A model generated the notes under the pieces. The model made no database searches. It saw nothing but the letters and a program-made list of their open reading frames with translations, and was not told the DNA's origin. Below are positions 45,766-55,527 of a stretch of DNA of 64,000 nucleotides, piece by piece. Where the stretch lies: positions 1,107 through 65,106 of IMG/VR virus record IMGVR_UViG_3300034082_003278. One strand, given 5' to 3'. This DNA comes from a virus (Duplodnaviria > Caudoviricetes). Each line of letters starts with the position of its first letter. Positions within the stretch are counted from its first letter, which is position 1. A program made the translations under genes and the position numbers.

Positions 45766-46043
45766 AGATTATAAAATTAACCAAGAATTATACGCTGTAC
45801 AAGAAAGGTTACACTCATGCTCTGCGTTTTGCCAAATGGGAAGGTAATGTGTGTGATCCCATTGAAGAGAGAATGGAACAAATGTTTGGTACCCAATGGC
45901 GATGGGACCGACCAACCGAGTGGCAAGCAACCTTTGGTTCAAGTAAAAGCCCCCGTACCGGTCGCAAACCTTACTTTATTGCTGTACGCAACGAAAGTTA
46001 TCTTACCATGGCCCTGCTGACATTAAAAGAAACGAGCAAGTAA
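45762..46043 (+). CDS. Small paralog-family-like protein
   Basis: FG..W...FIAVRNESYLTMALL. Confidence 0.6.
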   Translation: MKIIKLTKNYTLYKKGYTHALRFAKWEGNVCDPIEERMEQMFGTQWRWDRPTEWQATFGSSKSPRTGRKPYFIAVRNESYLTMALLTLKETSK

Positions 46044-46141
46044 TTTGAGCAATTGAGCCAAATGCCGTAGCATTTATGCCACAGCCGTGTTATTATGTTT
46101 ATAGGCTGCAAAAGCCACTAAACTAAACGATAAGGAAATAT

Positions 46142-46414
46142 ATGAAACACATCAATCCAGAAACCAAAACTTTTAAAGTATTCCAAGCTCTCCAGACTGG
46201 TGCAGCTATTACTCCTGCTGAAGCCAACAAGCGTTTCGGCGTAAAGAACCTTTCCGCCGAAGTTTCACGCATTCGCCAGCACGGTTTTGCTGTTTACAGC
46301 AACAGCCGCCGAGCTGGCAACGGCGTTACTGTGACCGAATACCAAATTGGTAAACCAAGCCGTAAGCTGGTTGCCGCTGGTTATTTGGCCATGAGCATGG
46401 GTCTTGTAGACTAA
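46142..46414 (+). CDS. Winged helix-turn-helix protein
   Basis: L..G..ITPAEA..RFGV.NL.A.VS.IR..GF.V; TAAGGA SD. Confidence 0.8.
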   Translation: MKHINPETKTFKVFQALQTGAAITPAEANKRFGVKNLSAEVSRIRQHGFAVYSNSRRAGNGVTVTEYQIGKPSRKLVAAGYLAMSMGLVD

Positions 46415-46447
46415 TATTCGCTGTTCTGATCACGCAGAACACACTCA

Positions 46448-46505
46448 GGAAAACCACTCGCTCGGGTGGTTTTTCTTTGACCAGTAATTTGTTCTAATGT
46501 ATAAT
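46448..46505 (+). promoter_or_regulatory. Terminator hairpin followed by early promoter
   Basis: AAAACCAC..GTGGTTTT, then TTGACC (46477)-N17-TATAAT (46500). Confidence 0.75.
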
Positions 46506-46538
46506 ACATAATATACTAAACCTAAAGGACACAGTACA

Positions 46539-46721
46539 ATGAATTGGTTGCGTTATAGCGGTGCTTGTGTTACACTAACAGTTAATCCGTTCCATTGGCA
46601 ATGGATACCTAGAGTTTACAAAGAAAATAATCTTGAATGGCCAGAAGGTCTGCTACGTTCATATCGAGCAAGCTGGCTATTTTTAAATGCAAAATTTTGG
46701 ATTGATGACGGGAGTTGGTAA
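46539..46721 (+). CDS. Hypothetical protein
   Basis: AAGGA SD; Trp-rich, ends IDDGSW. Confidence 0.65.
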   Translation: MNWLRYSGACVTLTVNPFHWQWIPRVYKENNLEWPEGLLRSYRASWLFLNAKFWIDDGSW

Positions 46722-46924
46722 TGAGCAATATTTCACTGACACGAAAGCAGGTTCTGCAGTTGGCAGAGTTGGTTACAAAGTTTCCAGATACAGGATGGTT
46801 TACAATATGTGAAAGTTCTCCTTCGGGAATTGGGCCAACAGTAGAGGTTAAATTTAGTATCTTTAAAGATAACAATCTAGAATTTGACACAACTATAGAT
46901 ATTACGGATGTATCAACATGGTAA
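46721..46924 (+). CDS. Hypothetical protein
   Basis: SGIGP...IDITDVSTW; TAATG coupling. Confidence 0.7.
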   Translation: MSNISLTRKQVLQLAELVTKFPDTGWFTICESSPSGIGPTVEVKFSIFKDNNLEFDTTIDITDVSTW

Positions 46925-47136
46925 CAAGAACGAAAACAGTAGTTGTAGTGAATAAATGTCAATGTGCTAAATGCCTGGACATTATTGAAAGCCGGAGCCG
47001 ACATGAATTTGTTCGGTGCGGATGCTGTGCTATCTTTACCGACGGTGGAACTTCATACATTCGTCGAGGCGGCGAAATCGAAAACATTATCGACATGAGC
47101 GAAACTTATGAAGAAACTTACGAAAGCGAGTGGTAA
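46918..47136 (+). CDS. Zinc-ribbon protein
   Basis: C..C.DIIES..RH.F..C.C.....DGG..Y.RR. Confidence 0.75.
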   Translation: MVTRTKTVVVVNKCQCAKCLDIIESRSRHEFVRCGCCAIFTDGGTSYIRRGGEIENIIDMSETYEETYESEW

Positions 47137-47139
47137 ATT

Positions 47140-47451
47140 ATGAGCATATATAATCCTGATCTTTGGACCATTGTAGAATTAAAGTACAACGACAGTGATG
47201 AAGTTACTCGCAAGATCATGGCCAGTTGGTACGGTGGCTACTTGGGTAGTGACCGCTGGAAGCTGAGTAGCGGCATCACCGAAATTGTGGATAAAGATAC
47301 ACATTACGAAATCCATAACCATTCCGGCAGCATCTACAACTGCGGCAAACAAAGCCAAGGTATGAGTGGATATGCATCTAGCGTCTTTGCACAGTTTGTC
47401 AAAGATTTAGAAGGTAAAGGCACAATCGAGGTAGTTGAATATGAAGGTTAA
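47140..47451 (+). CDS. Conserved hypothetical phage protein
   Basis: WYGGYLGSDRWKLSSGI...SGSIY.C. Confidence 0.75.
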   Translation: MSIYNPDLWTIVELKYNDSDEVTRKIMASWYGGYLGSDRWKLSSGITEIVDKDTHYEIHNHSGSIYNCGKQSQGMSGYASSVFAQFVKDLEGKGTIEVVEYEG

Positions 47452-48136
47452 AATTGGACCGTACAAAAATTGGGTAGGACCATATCAAATTGCAGAGGCT
47501 CTTTGCTTTTGGGTCCGTAAAGAAAAAGACGAATACGGATTTCCAAAAACTAAAGATTGGGTACACAACTTTGGTACTTGGTTATCAGGTGGCGAAGACA
47601 AAGATTCCTGGCTGCAACGAGCTTGTATATGGATTGAATCTAAGCGTACACGCACAATCAAAGTAAAAATTGATCGTTGGGATACTTGGAGCATGGATCA
47701 TACATTGAGTTATATCATCCTGCCCATGCTAAAACAACTGAAAGAAACAAAACATGGTGCACCATTTACTGAAGACGATGATGTTCCGGAACATTTGCGT
47801 AGTACAGTAGCAGAGCCCAAGGAGAATGAGTATGATACAGATAGCAATCATTTCCTACGTTGGGATTGGATCATGGACGAAATGATCTTTGCATTTGAAT
47901 GTGAACTTGACGATAGCTGGGAAGATGCATTCCGTTCTGGTGTAATGGATACCGTTTGGTTACCTGTTGATGGTGAAGGTAATGCAGTACCAGAAAAAGA
48001 TGCAAAACTTTATCATATGGGCGAAGGTCCAAATCACACATACCACTGTGATTACGACGGTATGAAAGTAGTACAAGACCGTATCAACAACGGATTCCGA
48101 CTATTCGGCAAGTACTATCAAGCATTGTGGGATTGA
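47441..48136 (+). CDS. Conserved hypothetical phage protein
   Basis: DTWSMD.TL..II.PMLKQL...WD..MDEMIFAF...G..LFGKYY..LWD. Confidence 0.8.
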   Translation: MKVKIGPYKNWVGPYQIAEALCFWVRKEKDEYGFPKTKDWVHNFGTWLSGGEDKDSWLQRACIWIESKRTRTIKVKIDRWDTWSMDHTLSYIILPMLKQLKETKHGAPFTEDDDVPEHLRSTVAEPKENEYDTDSNHFLRWDWIMDEMIFAFECELDDSWEDAFRSGVMDTVWLPVDGEGNAVPEKDAKLYHMGEGPNHTYHCDYDGMKVVQDRINNGFRLFGKYYQALWD

Positions 48137-48138
48137 AC

Positions 48139-48858
48139 ATGATAGTGACTGAAACCCTTGAAAGTATCTTGGGAGATGTAACTCCCAATACGGATCCCAA
48201 TAAGCCAGCAGTATTCAAAGAAGATCCTATTGCTCTAAGCTGTGCCAGTTATAGGCGTGCTGTAGAAACTGAAATGGCAGTGCGATTTCTGGATCTTGAT
48301 CAGTGCATAGTACACCTACAAGATTATGAGATGGCTGATCAAGTTCGTCAGTACTATCGAAACAAAATTGGTGTCAAAGCACTAACAAGTCAGCAGCCCC
48401 TGACACCATTTTATCACGATCTATATGAAATGTTGCTGGGCGATGTTGAACTGCAACAGCGACACATAGGCATGATACATAGACTGCCGTATTTTTATGT
48501 GGAAGATCAAAACAGAGAACAGCTTAAACAACTGATTAAAGACAGGAGCTTGAAAGAAGATTGGATAGGCAACGCCATGAAGAACATTGGCAGCAAAGAA
48601 ACACATACCTTGACGCCCTTGATGAAGATATTTAGAAGTCGCCGAGGCAGTGAGACCCAAGAGTACTGGTTTCAAAACCACGTGGGACAACCAGTCATGT
48701 GGTCTGTACTTAACGGCAATCCCTTGCGTAGTGTGGTTGACAGTTTGTTTGTGCGATCCCAAGTCACTGTATCAGCTTATTTTCGCACAGGACAAGTTCG
48801 GGGACAAGATTTTTATCACTACTACATGAGTGATGTTGCTGTAGAAAGGATTGCTTAA
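48139..48858 (+). CDS. Hypothetical protein
   Basis: Long ORF within an operon. Confidence 0.7.
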   Translation: MIVTETLESILGDVTPNTDPNKPAVFKEDPIALSCASYRRAVETEMAVRFLDLDQCIVHLQDYEMADQVRQYYRNKIGVKALTSQQPLTPFYHDLYEMLLGDVELQQRHIGMIHRLPYFYVEDQNREQLKQLIKDRSLKEDWIGNAMKNIGSKETHTLTPLMKIFRSRRGSETQEYWFQNHVGQPVMWSVLNGNPLRSVVDSLFVRSQVTVSAYFRTGQVRGQDFYHYYMSDVAVERIA

Positions 48859-49097
48859 TGTTTGCTCAAATGATAAAGGCGCATCTAGAAAGCGATCACG
48901 GTGAACGCACAGCTAAAAAAATTACTCTAGAACAATACTTGGAGTGGGAAAAGACCTACTGTTTTGATGGTCTCAAAAGCTTGACCCCAGGACAGAGTTT
49001 TTGTAGCACATTTAAAATAGTAGATCATATTTTATTTTTTAATGCCATTGATCCGGCCGGTGTGGTCAAATACATAAAGGACACTTACTTAGAATGA
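48858..49097 (+). CDS. Hypothetical protein
   Basis: TAATG-coupled ORF. Confidence 0.65.
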   Translation: MFAQMIKAHLESDHGERTAKKITLEQYLEWEKTYCFDGLKSLTPGQSFCSTFKIVDHILFFNAIDPAGVVKYIKDTYLE

Positions 49098-49504
49098 AAC
49101 TATATTTTGCTTACGGTGCAAACTTAAACTTGGAAGGCATGCGTTTTAGATGCCCGGATGCTAGACCTGTTGGTCAATTGATTCTGTCCGATTGGCGCTT
49201 GGCATTTTCTGGAGTGGCCACTATAATACCCGAGACTGGTTCTCGAGTGCATGGAGCACTGTGGGAAATCACTCAAGAGTGCGAAGACAATCTGGATGTA
49301 TTTGAAGGATTTCCTTTCTTGTACACCAAAATACACTTAACGCATGTGGGACAAGAGTTCATGGTCTATGTTATGAATGACGACCCTCCGTCGTTGCCTT
49401 CGAGATCCTACTTCGATACTATTGCTCAAGGCTACAAGGATTGGAACTTGCCCTTGGACGAATTGCATCGCGCTCGCCAACTTACTTTAGAAGAATGCAG
49501 CTGA
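49094..49504 (+). CDS. Gamma-glutamyl cyclotransferase (AIG2-like)
   Basis: YFAYGANL, RCP.A, V.GALW, LD.FEG.P.LY and PS..Y...I..G. Confidence 0.88.
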   Translation: MKLYFAYGANLNLEGMRFRCPDARPVGQLILSDWRLAFSGVATIIPETGSRVHGALWEITQECEDNLDVFEGFPFLYTKIHLTHVGQEFMVYVMNDDPPSLPSRSYFDTIAQGYKDWNLPLDELHRARQLTLEECS

Positions 49505-49740
49505 CCGAAGAACAAAAACGTCTCATTAATTATAGGGAAAGTGCTAGCTTTGCTTACCACCATGAGCTGACCAAACCATTTGGAACTTTGGATACAGTGC
49601 TTGATTGGTGCAAAGATCAACTGACCGGGGACTGGCGTTGGCAATTGATTGAAGTCAGCACTGATCAACGTCCGGGTCGGTATGCATTTTACTTTGATAG
49701 TGAACGTGATTGTGTGGCTTTCATGCTACAATGGAGTTGA
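49495..49740 (+). CDS. Small paralog-family protein (..FYFDSERDCVAFMLQW)
   Basis: DWCKDQL.G.WRW plus the shared motif. Confidence 0.7.
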   Translation: MQLTEEQKRLINYRESASFAYHHELTKPFGTLDTVLDWCKDQLTGDWRWQLIEVSTDQRPGRYAFYFDSERDCVAFMLQWS

Positions 49741-49765
49741 CTAGAAACCTTGCTTGTACTATAAT
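49737..49765 (+). promoter_or_regulatory. Sigma70-type promoter
   Basis: TTGACT-N17-TATAAT. Confidence 0.75.
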
Positions 49766-49803
49766 CGTATTTCATTAGTTAATTAACCTTAGGAGTTTTA
49801 CAA

Positions 49804-50934
49804 ATGATAAAGCGAATCTCGCGCTCACTGTCGGATGTATCCAAAGAAATTCTTCAGAAGTTGAAGGACGACCACGGTGTCACTGACAAACAATTAGCAC
49901 AATTACGAAACCGTGTTTTCAACTCTGGCTATCACTTTCCCTTGGGAGGTATCCGCGTACCAACGTCAATCTTATGGATTGACTACGAAGTACAGCGTGA
50001 TGTCATCATCAAAACTATTTTGTCTCTGCTACAAAAATGGGACAATCGTATTTGCCAACCTGCTGCCTGCAACACAGACCCCAGTATGGTTGAAGTCAAT
50101 GATCCGATCAACCACATTTACAAATTTAAGAAACTGTTTGTATACGATGCTCAGCATCGTTGCGTGACCTTGGCAATCCTGGGTTTTGAAGAAGTTTTTG
50201 TAACGGTGGTCGTTGACGCAGATCCTAAATTTGCCAGCTATGCATTTCGCACCAGCAACAGCGTGATTAAGAAAATTGGCAAGCCAGACTTTCATCGCAA
50301 CAATATCCGCTTATATAATCTTGGTGTTCGAGATGTTGAAACTGTTCCTGCTTGCAATTTGCAAGCACAATTTGATCGATTAAAAATTGACCTTGTGGAG
50401 AAGCCAGAACTGATCCCAGTATCCCAACGACAGAATCACTTCATGAGTCACTTTGACTATGCTTACAAGCCTATGGGTACAGACAAAAAAGGTCTTGTTG
50501 CTGGTCAAATTCTCGAAGCCATCATCAAGACTTGGCCCAAAAATGCCAAAGTACAAAACGGTATCTACATTGGACTGTACCACATGAATACTGTGGTTGG
50601 TAGCCTGGGTAAGAAAATGCCAAAGGATTGGATGTTGCAAGTGTGCAAAGGCGTGGCAAAAAGTTTTAGCAATAGCGTACATGTAGAAGAAGCTGCCAGC
50701 CGACATGCCAAATGGATCGGTCGTAGTAATACATGGAATGTGCCCGAAGGCATGTTCAAGTTCATGCGGGAAGTTTACAAACTCAATGGTGGCGTTTTGT
50801 CTATTCCTAGCGATGGTGCCGACTTTGATTTGGACCAGGGTCTTTGGGTTGATGCTACATTAATTCCAAATCATGCACATCTTTACAAAGAACCTGTAAC
50901 TACTGCACCGGGAGTTGATTATGCTTACTCCTGA
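49804..50934 (+). CDS. ParB/Srx-fold (DGQHR-like) protein
   Basis: IDYEVQRD ... VYDAQHR...L ... F...N. Confidence 0.65.
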   Translation: MIKRISRSLSDVSKEILQKLKDDHGVTDKQLAQLRNRVFNSGYHFPLGGIRVPTSILWIDYEVQRDVIIKTILSLLQKWDNRICQPAACNTDPSMVEVNDPINHIYKFKKLFVYDAQHRCVTLAILGFEEVFVTVVVDADPKFASYAFRTSNSVIKKIGKPDFHRNNIRLYNLGVRDVETVPACNLQAQFDRLKIDLVEKPELIPVSQRQNHFMSHFDYAYKPMGTDKKGLVAGQILEAIIKTWPKNAKVQNGIYIGLYHMNTVVGSLGKKMPKDWMLQVCKGVAKSFSNSVHVEEAASRHAKWIGRSNTWNVPEGMFKFMREVYKLNGGVLSIPSDGADFDLDQGLWVDATLIPNHAHLYKEPVTTAPGVDYAYS

Positions 50935-51514
50935 ACAAAAAATTGAACAGGCTCTTCAACTGCTCAAAGAAGCAGTTGAGGGGTTTGAAGAAATTAACTA
51001 TCGACAAGTGATGGTTGAACGAAATAAAGAAGCATATCGTATTACTGAAGAGTTTATTGCTTCCGAAGTCAAACGTTATGTTGAAATGTATCGCAACCTA
51101 ACCACGCTCGATCAACGTGCTAGATTAATACGTGATATGATTGATTTATTGTTGCGCCGAGGTCATGGGTATTGTATTGAAGGTAATATTGGTTCTCACT
51201 ATCGACAGATCGGGGTTGATGCAACAGCCTGTATCTTTGAACACATGATACCACAGAGCAGAATTCGAGATTTACTAATACAAGATCGTATTAGTATTCG
51301 ACAAGCAATGAATCCGCCGACCTGCTTGATAAGCAAGGAAAACGATTCCATGTTGAGCAAGAGTGGTTTCAATAATAAAACACCTAGCTACTGGCATTTC
51401 TTCGATAGATACACAGGAGTGTTTGACGCTGAATACGAGACCTTTAATGGCCTGGCAATTTCTAATCCTCATGCATGGACATTAGGGCAGCATTACAAGT
51501 TTTTCAATATCTAG
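50921..51514 (+). CDS. Hypothetical protein with HNH-like EHxxP motif
   Basis: FEHMIP ... CLISKENDSML; coupled to the ParB-like gene. Confidence 0.5.
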   Translation: MLTPEQKIEQALQLLKEAVEGFEEINYRQVMVERNKEAYRITEEFIASEVKRYVEMYRNLTTLDQRARLIRDMIDLLLRRGHGYCIEGNIGSHYRQIGVDATACIFEHMIPQSRIRDLLIQDRISIRQAMNPPTCLISKENDSMLSKSGFNNKTPSYWHFFDRYTGVFDAEYETFNGLAISNPHAWTLGQHYKFFNI

Positions 51515-51522
51515 TTTAACTT

Positions 51523-51543
51523 AACGAGCCAAAAAGCTCGTTA
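51523..51543. terminator. Hairpin, probable terminator
   Basis: AACGAGC-CAAAAA-GCTCGTT. Confidence 0.5.
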
Positions 51544-51628
51544 GTTATCAAAAAATCTAGTATACTAAAATAGGGTTTATTGTTTATACCCCTAGGCATA
51601 TATAACTATTCCGCCAAAGGAGAAACTC

Positions 51629-52315
51629 ATGTATAAAAAATATAATAACCAAGTTTCTGCCTGTGTGGCAAAGTCGGTGATCATTGTAACTGTCGTAGTG
51701 GTTGCAATGCTGTCTATTGTTGTGACACCAACACAACCGATTTTGCCGTACAGTACAGTGACTCAAGAGCAGCTGGATTATGAACCTCTAGTAGATCAGT
51801 ATCTTGCTAAATGGGAATACAACGAGCAGCATCGTAATCCTGTAGAAATATTTAAAATTAAACCACCGTCAATCACAGCAATGCCTGATTTTAACCCTGG
51901 TATAATTTTACATGTTTCTAGCGAAAAAGTAACGATTACTGCACAAGAACGCAATTGTTTGATTCGCAATGTGTTTTATGAAGCCGGCGGGGAGCCGTAC
52001 GAAGGAAAAATTGCAGTGGCTCAAGTCACATGGAATCGTGTTCGCAGCGGTGCTTGGGGTCGAGATCTGTGCGGTGTAATACATGCACCCAATCAGTTTT
52101 CGTGGACTCGTGACACGATCAAACGCAATCGTCCGTTAAATGGTACTCAAGTTGCTGCTGTTCAAACAGCGGTGGATGATTTTTTATCCGGAATCAGAGT
52201 TTCCAAGTTAAAAGATGCCACACATTTTCATGCCACTTATGTTAGACCCGGATGGGCCACTAGTGAAGCTAGAGTAAAAAGCATTGGAGGTCATGTGTTT
52301 TATGCACTAAAATAG
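51629..52315 (+). CDS. SleB-family cell wall hydrolase
   Basis: CL..NVFYEA.GE...GK.AVAQVT.NRV, QFSW, ATHFHA.YV.P.W and IGGH.FY; N-terminal TM. Confidence 0.93.
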   Translation: MYKKYNNQVSACVAKSVIIVTVVVVAMLSIVVTPTQPILPYSTVTQEQLDYEPLVDQYLAKWEYNEQHRNPVEIFKIKPPSITAMPDFNPGIILHVSSEKVTITAQERNCLIRNVFYEAGGEPYEGKIAVAQVTWNRVRSGAWGRDLCGVIHAPNQFSWTRDTIKRNRPLNGTQVAAVQTAVDDFLSGIRVSKLKDATHFHATYVRPGWATSEARVKSIGGHVFYALK

Positions 52316-52385
52316 TGTTGTAAAAAAACCACACAAAATGGCCTCTTTTTCAGGGGCTTTTTTGTGGCTTTTTGGCAGATTTTGG

Positions 52386-52414
52386 TAGACCAGAAACCCT
52401 TTTTCGGCTATACT
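52386..52414 (+). promoter_or_regulatory. Early promoter
   Basis: TAGACC-N17-TATACT with the conserved leader. Confidence 0.8.
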
Positions 52415-52445
52415 AGTTATACAGTAAACAAACAGGAACAAGACC

Positions 52446-52697
52446 ATGTTGAAAGCAAACAAACTATACCAGCTGATGCATATCAACGCTGACCAGTTGA
52501 CCGACATTATTCAAGATTCGGGTTTTGAAGGTGACTCCTTTATCAACATCACGTTCCGTAGCCTGGCAGCTCCGGAACCTGTAGATTATCGTTTCGCTTA
52601 CGATGCTATGTTCCTAAATGATGCTAACGAGCTGGACTACACTGTTGTTTTTGTGTCCTACAATCCCGAAACTGATAAAATGACAGCAGGATATTGA
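52446..52697 (+). CDS. Hypothetical early protein
   Basis: AGGA SD after the promoter. Confidence 0.7.
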   Translation: MLKANKLYQLMHINADQLTDIIQDSGFEGDSFINITFRSLAAPEPVDYRFAYDAMFLNDANELDYTVVFVSYNPETDKMTAGY

Positions 52698-52719
52698 TTC
52701 TAATATTAAAGGAAATCAA

Positions 52720-52926
52720 ATGGGTTTCGAAAAAATCGTGTTAGACAAGGTTGCAAAAGTTATCAAGCAAGACCGCCAGGCGTATTTTTGCAACGGTACC
52801 TTGTTTGTTTGTACTGAAGAGAAAGATGCTCGCCGTGTGTTTTCCATGTTGTTTAAGGACTATAACGGCCGGGTCCAAGTCAGTGTCGCAATGCACGGCG
52901 AGTACGCTTACGACTTTACAGCCTAA
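52720..52926 (+). CDS. Hypothetical protein
   Basis: AAGGA SD; F.NGTLFV...EYAYDF. Confidence 0.7.
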   Translation: MGFEKIVLDKVAKVIKQDRQAYFCNGTLFVCTEEKDARRVFSMLFKDYNGRVQVSVAMHGEYAYDFTA

Positions 52927-52936
52927 GGAGCCGACT

Positions 52937-53287
52937 ATGAATTCCAAATTTCAAAGATTAGATTTCAGCGGTTATAAAATGACCGAGCAAAGCAAAGAGT
53001 CCTTGTACAATTATTTTGTACACGGTTTTGAACCTGGTGGTTTCATGACCGCAGTGTTGTCAAATGACCTATATGGTGCTGTTGGTCGAGCTGATTTTGT
53101 AAATATTGATCTCATAGGAGAATATGCTCGTTGGATTGAAAGCCGAGCACCATACGGCAGTTATGGCGACCGTGAAACAGTAAAAGGTTGGCTACGCAAA
53201 AACGAATATTTCGAACGGTTTCAGAAGGAGTTGGTTGCAGAACGTTTAAGAACACCAGAATCTGCCCTAAATGATCCGTTGTTTTAA
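52937..53287 (+). CDS. Conserved hypothetical phage protein
   Basis: TAAGGAG SD; PGGFM.AVL.NDL..AV.RAD..N...P..S.G..E.V..W. Confidence 0.75.
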   Translation: MNSKFQRLDFSGYKMTEQSKESLYNYFVHGFEPGGFMTAVLSNDLYGAVGRADFVNIDLIGEYARWIESRAPYGSYGDRETVKGWLRKNEYFERFQKELVAERLRTPESALNDPLF

Positions 53288-53302
53288 CGCAACACTTTTT
53301 GG

Positions 53303-53331
53303 TTGACCAGAAACGCCAGATCGGCTATAAT
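53303..53331 (+). promoter_or_regulatory. Early promoter
   Basis: TTGACC-N17-TATAAT. Confidence 0.85.
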
Positions 53332-53360
53332 GTATGTATAGTGAATAACAAGGAGTTGGC

Positions 53361-54074
53361 ATGTACAGTTATCAAGCCCGTAGTAATCCTTTTGCATATC
53401 GTAAACCCATGGCCAAGAAAATCCCTGTCACGGTTACTATGGTCACAGCTGACCAGGTTTGGACATTTGCTGCCACAGCAGATCGCATCAATGACGGCCA
53501 GTATGTCAAAGAGGATCAGCGTAGTTCGGACGGACAGTGCGTGATTAAAGAAGCCAACAAGGCCATGATCAAGCGTTGGTTGCGTGAAGGCTACTGCGGT
53601 GAAGACACCGAGGCAGATCGCGAACTTGGTGCGTCGGCTCGTGCGTGGCATCGAGGTCAACTGTTGATGACAGCACTCAAGCGTCCGCTTACCGATTTTG
53701 AAAATACCTTGAACCGTGCTGTGGGCATGGACGAGTTTGCGTTGGAAGTACATCAGTTGGAAATTGCTACCATTGCTAGCCAAATCCGTAGCTACCGTAC
53801 CGGTCTAGCACATGAACAACGCATGTGGGGCACAGATACCAGCCCGGTGGCCCCGGTAGGCAACAAGGTTGAATTCCAGGTTGAAGTGATCAAGTCTGTT
53901 TATAGCCAAAATTACAACACCAACTACATTCGTGCTGTCACCGTGGATACTCGCAAGGTTGTGATGTTTACCTATCGAGAAGGCATGGATCCTGGTACTG
54001 TGTTGACAATTAAAGGCACAGTCAAAGCACACCGTGAAGACTGTACTCAACTCAACCGTGTACGGGTGTTGTAA
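53361..54074 (+). CDS. Protein with C-terminal OB-fold-like domain
   Basis: VG.KV....V...IKGTVKAH....TQLNRV. Confidence 0.7.
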   Translation: MYSYQARSNPFAYRKPMAKKIPVTVTMVTADQVWTFAATADRINDGQYVKEDQRSSDGQCVIKEANKAMIKRWLREGYCGEDTEADRELGASARAWHRGQLLMTALKRPLTDFENTLNRAVGMDEFALEVHQLEIATIASQIRSYRTGLAHEQRMWGTDTSPVAPVGNKVEFQVEVIKSVYSQNYNTNYIRAVTVDTRKVVMFTYREGMDPGTVLTIKGTVKAHREDCTQLNRVRVL

Positions 54075-54403
54075 TGCATCAGTTCGTTGTTATGTGGGAC
54101 AATACAGGTCTTGAGTTTGTAGGTGATTATACAGACTATGCTCAGGATAAGATGTGGGCTACCTTGCAGGGCAAGCAACCCACCAAGACCTTTGTGAATT
54201 TGATGCACTTGCAACTTCGTGCTCGTTACAATACACAACGGCATTATGAGATCTATTTGATCAATGCCACTGACGGCATCACTGCGGATGACATTCGAGA
54301 GATGTTTGATCGCAATCCGCAAACAGCCGCTGACTTGATCCGTGAACGTGGATTCAAGTATTACAGCGACCGAGTCAACACTAACCAAGTTAAAATTATT
54401 TAA
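54074..54403 (+). CDS. Conserved hypothetical phage protein
   Basis: MWD..GLE...LRARYN.QRHYEIY...PQ..AD.IR.RG. Confidence 0.75.
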   Translation: MHQFVVMWDNTGLEFVGDYTDYAQDKMWATLQGKQPTKTFVNLMHLQLRARYNTQRHYEIYLINATDGITADDIREMFDRNPQTAADLIRERGFKYYSDRVNTNQVKII

Positions 54404-54412
54404 GGAATCGAT

Positions 54413-54829
54413 ATGGGATTAGATCAATACGCTTATGTGGCAGCTCGAGCTGGTGCTTACGGTGAATACTGGGGCGATGAAAACTACAACAAAGACGACA
54501 GCGATCCTACCAAAGTCAGTCAACCGCGTGAGCTGGCCTACTGGCGTAAGCACCCAAACCTACAAGGTTGGATGAAACAACTTTGGGAGGAAAAGAATCT
54601 TGACGATACAGAGGTCACCAGCTTTAACGGCATTGAGCTAGAGCTGACCTGGGAGGATTTAGAAAGATTAGAACTGGACATCATTTCTGGTGGCCTGCCT
54701 AAAACAAGTGGTTTCTTCTTTGGCGATGATTCTAACGAGTTCTACTACAATACTGACTTGGAGTTTATCAAAAACGCCCGGACAGAATTGTTTATGGGCT
54801 TGAAGGTATTTTATAACTCAAGTTGGTAA
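54413..54829 (+). CDS. Conserved hypothetical phage protein
   Basis: MGLDQY...YWRKH..L.GW...GFFFG...YNSSW. Confidence 0.8.
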   Translation: MGLDQYAYVAARAGAYGEYWGDENYNKDDSDPTKVSQPRELAYWRKHPNLQGWMKQLWEEKNLDDTEVTSFNGIELELTWEDLERLELDIISGGLPKTSGFFFGDDSNEFYYNTDLEFIKNARTELFMGLKVFYNSSW

Positions 54830-54831
54830 TT

Positions 54832-55146
54832 ATGAATATTCGTTACGAATACATCGGTTGGTGTAATATTGACGGCCATGACAAGGTTTGGGTCAGTATT
54901 CTGATTAAATCAGGCGATAGAAATCAATGGCCTACTTACAATACCTATCTCACTGTTTGGGGTCGGCGTGGCAAAAAACTACAAAGTAAAGTAGTTGAAA
55001 CTAATCGACATGAAATGGACAAGTTAATACGTAGCAAAGATAGCAAGAGCTACCTGGAAATTCCAGAGGATAAACTAAATGAAGTATATCCAGAGTTTCA
55101 ACAAGACTTGGAAAAGACCGCAGCTTGGTCTATGCTAATGGCATGA
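54832..55146 (+). CDS. WGR-domain-like protein
   Basis: HDKVW....WGRRG.......K.SK.Y. Confidence 0.65.
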   Translation: MNIRYEYIGWCNIDGHDKVWVSILIKSGDRNQWPTYNTYLTVWGRRGKKLQSKVVETNRHEMDKLIRSKDSKSYLEIPEDKLNEVYPEFQQDLEKTAAWSMLMA

Positions 55147-55412
55147 GAATTTATACTAAAGTCATCATACCCGGGCTCTACAAGAACTCGGAATATTATG
55201 CTGCACGAAAATGGTGTACCAGGAACATTGGTGCTAGCAACAGTAAGGAAGCAAAAGGTGCTGCTCGTCCTTGGTATGCTAAACGACAGTGGACATATAA
55301 CCTGGCGCAAGTTGCTCTGCCCAGCAGTCAGGCACCCTCTTTCTATTTTAAAAATCCTGCCCACGCCACCATGTTCCAATTGGTATGGGCAAAAGAATTT
55401 CGGCAAACCTAA
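55143..55412 (+). CDS. Small paralog-family protein (..FYFKNPAHATMFQLVW)
   Basis: KWCTRNIG plus the shared motif. Confidence 0.7.
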   Translation: MRIYTKVIIPGLYKNSEYYAARKWCTRNIGASNSKEAKGAARPWYAKRQWTYNLAQVALPSSQAPSFYFKNPAHATMFQLVWAKEFRQT

Positions 55413-55435
55413 AACCGAAATCGAGCAGATAATGG

Positions 55436-55464
55436 TTGACCAGAATGTGCTCGTTTGTTATAAT
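55436..55464 (+). promoter_or_regulatory. Early promoter
   Basis: TTGACC-N17-TATAAT. Confidence 0.8.
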
Positions 55465-55527
55465 AAGGTATGCTATAAAAAGCATGTAGTGAAACTTAAC
55501 TTAATCAACTTTAAAAGGCAACATATT

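Noticed and set aside
55198-55527. Long N-terminal extension of the 55198-55863 track ORF
   Set aside because: It overlaps the 55143-55412 gene and an early promoter. ATG 55528 with an AAGG SD is the better start.
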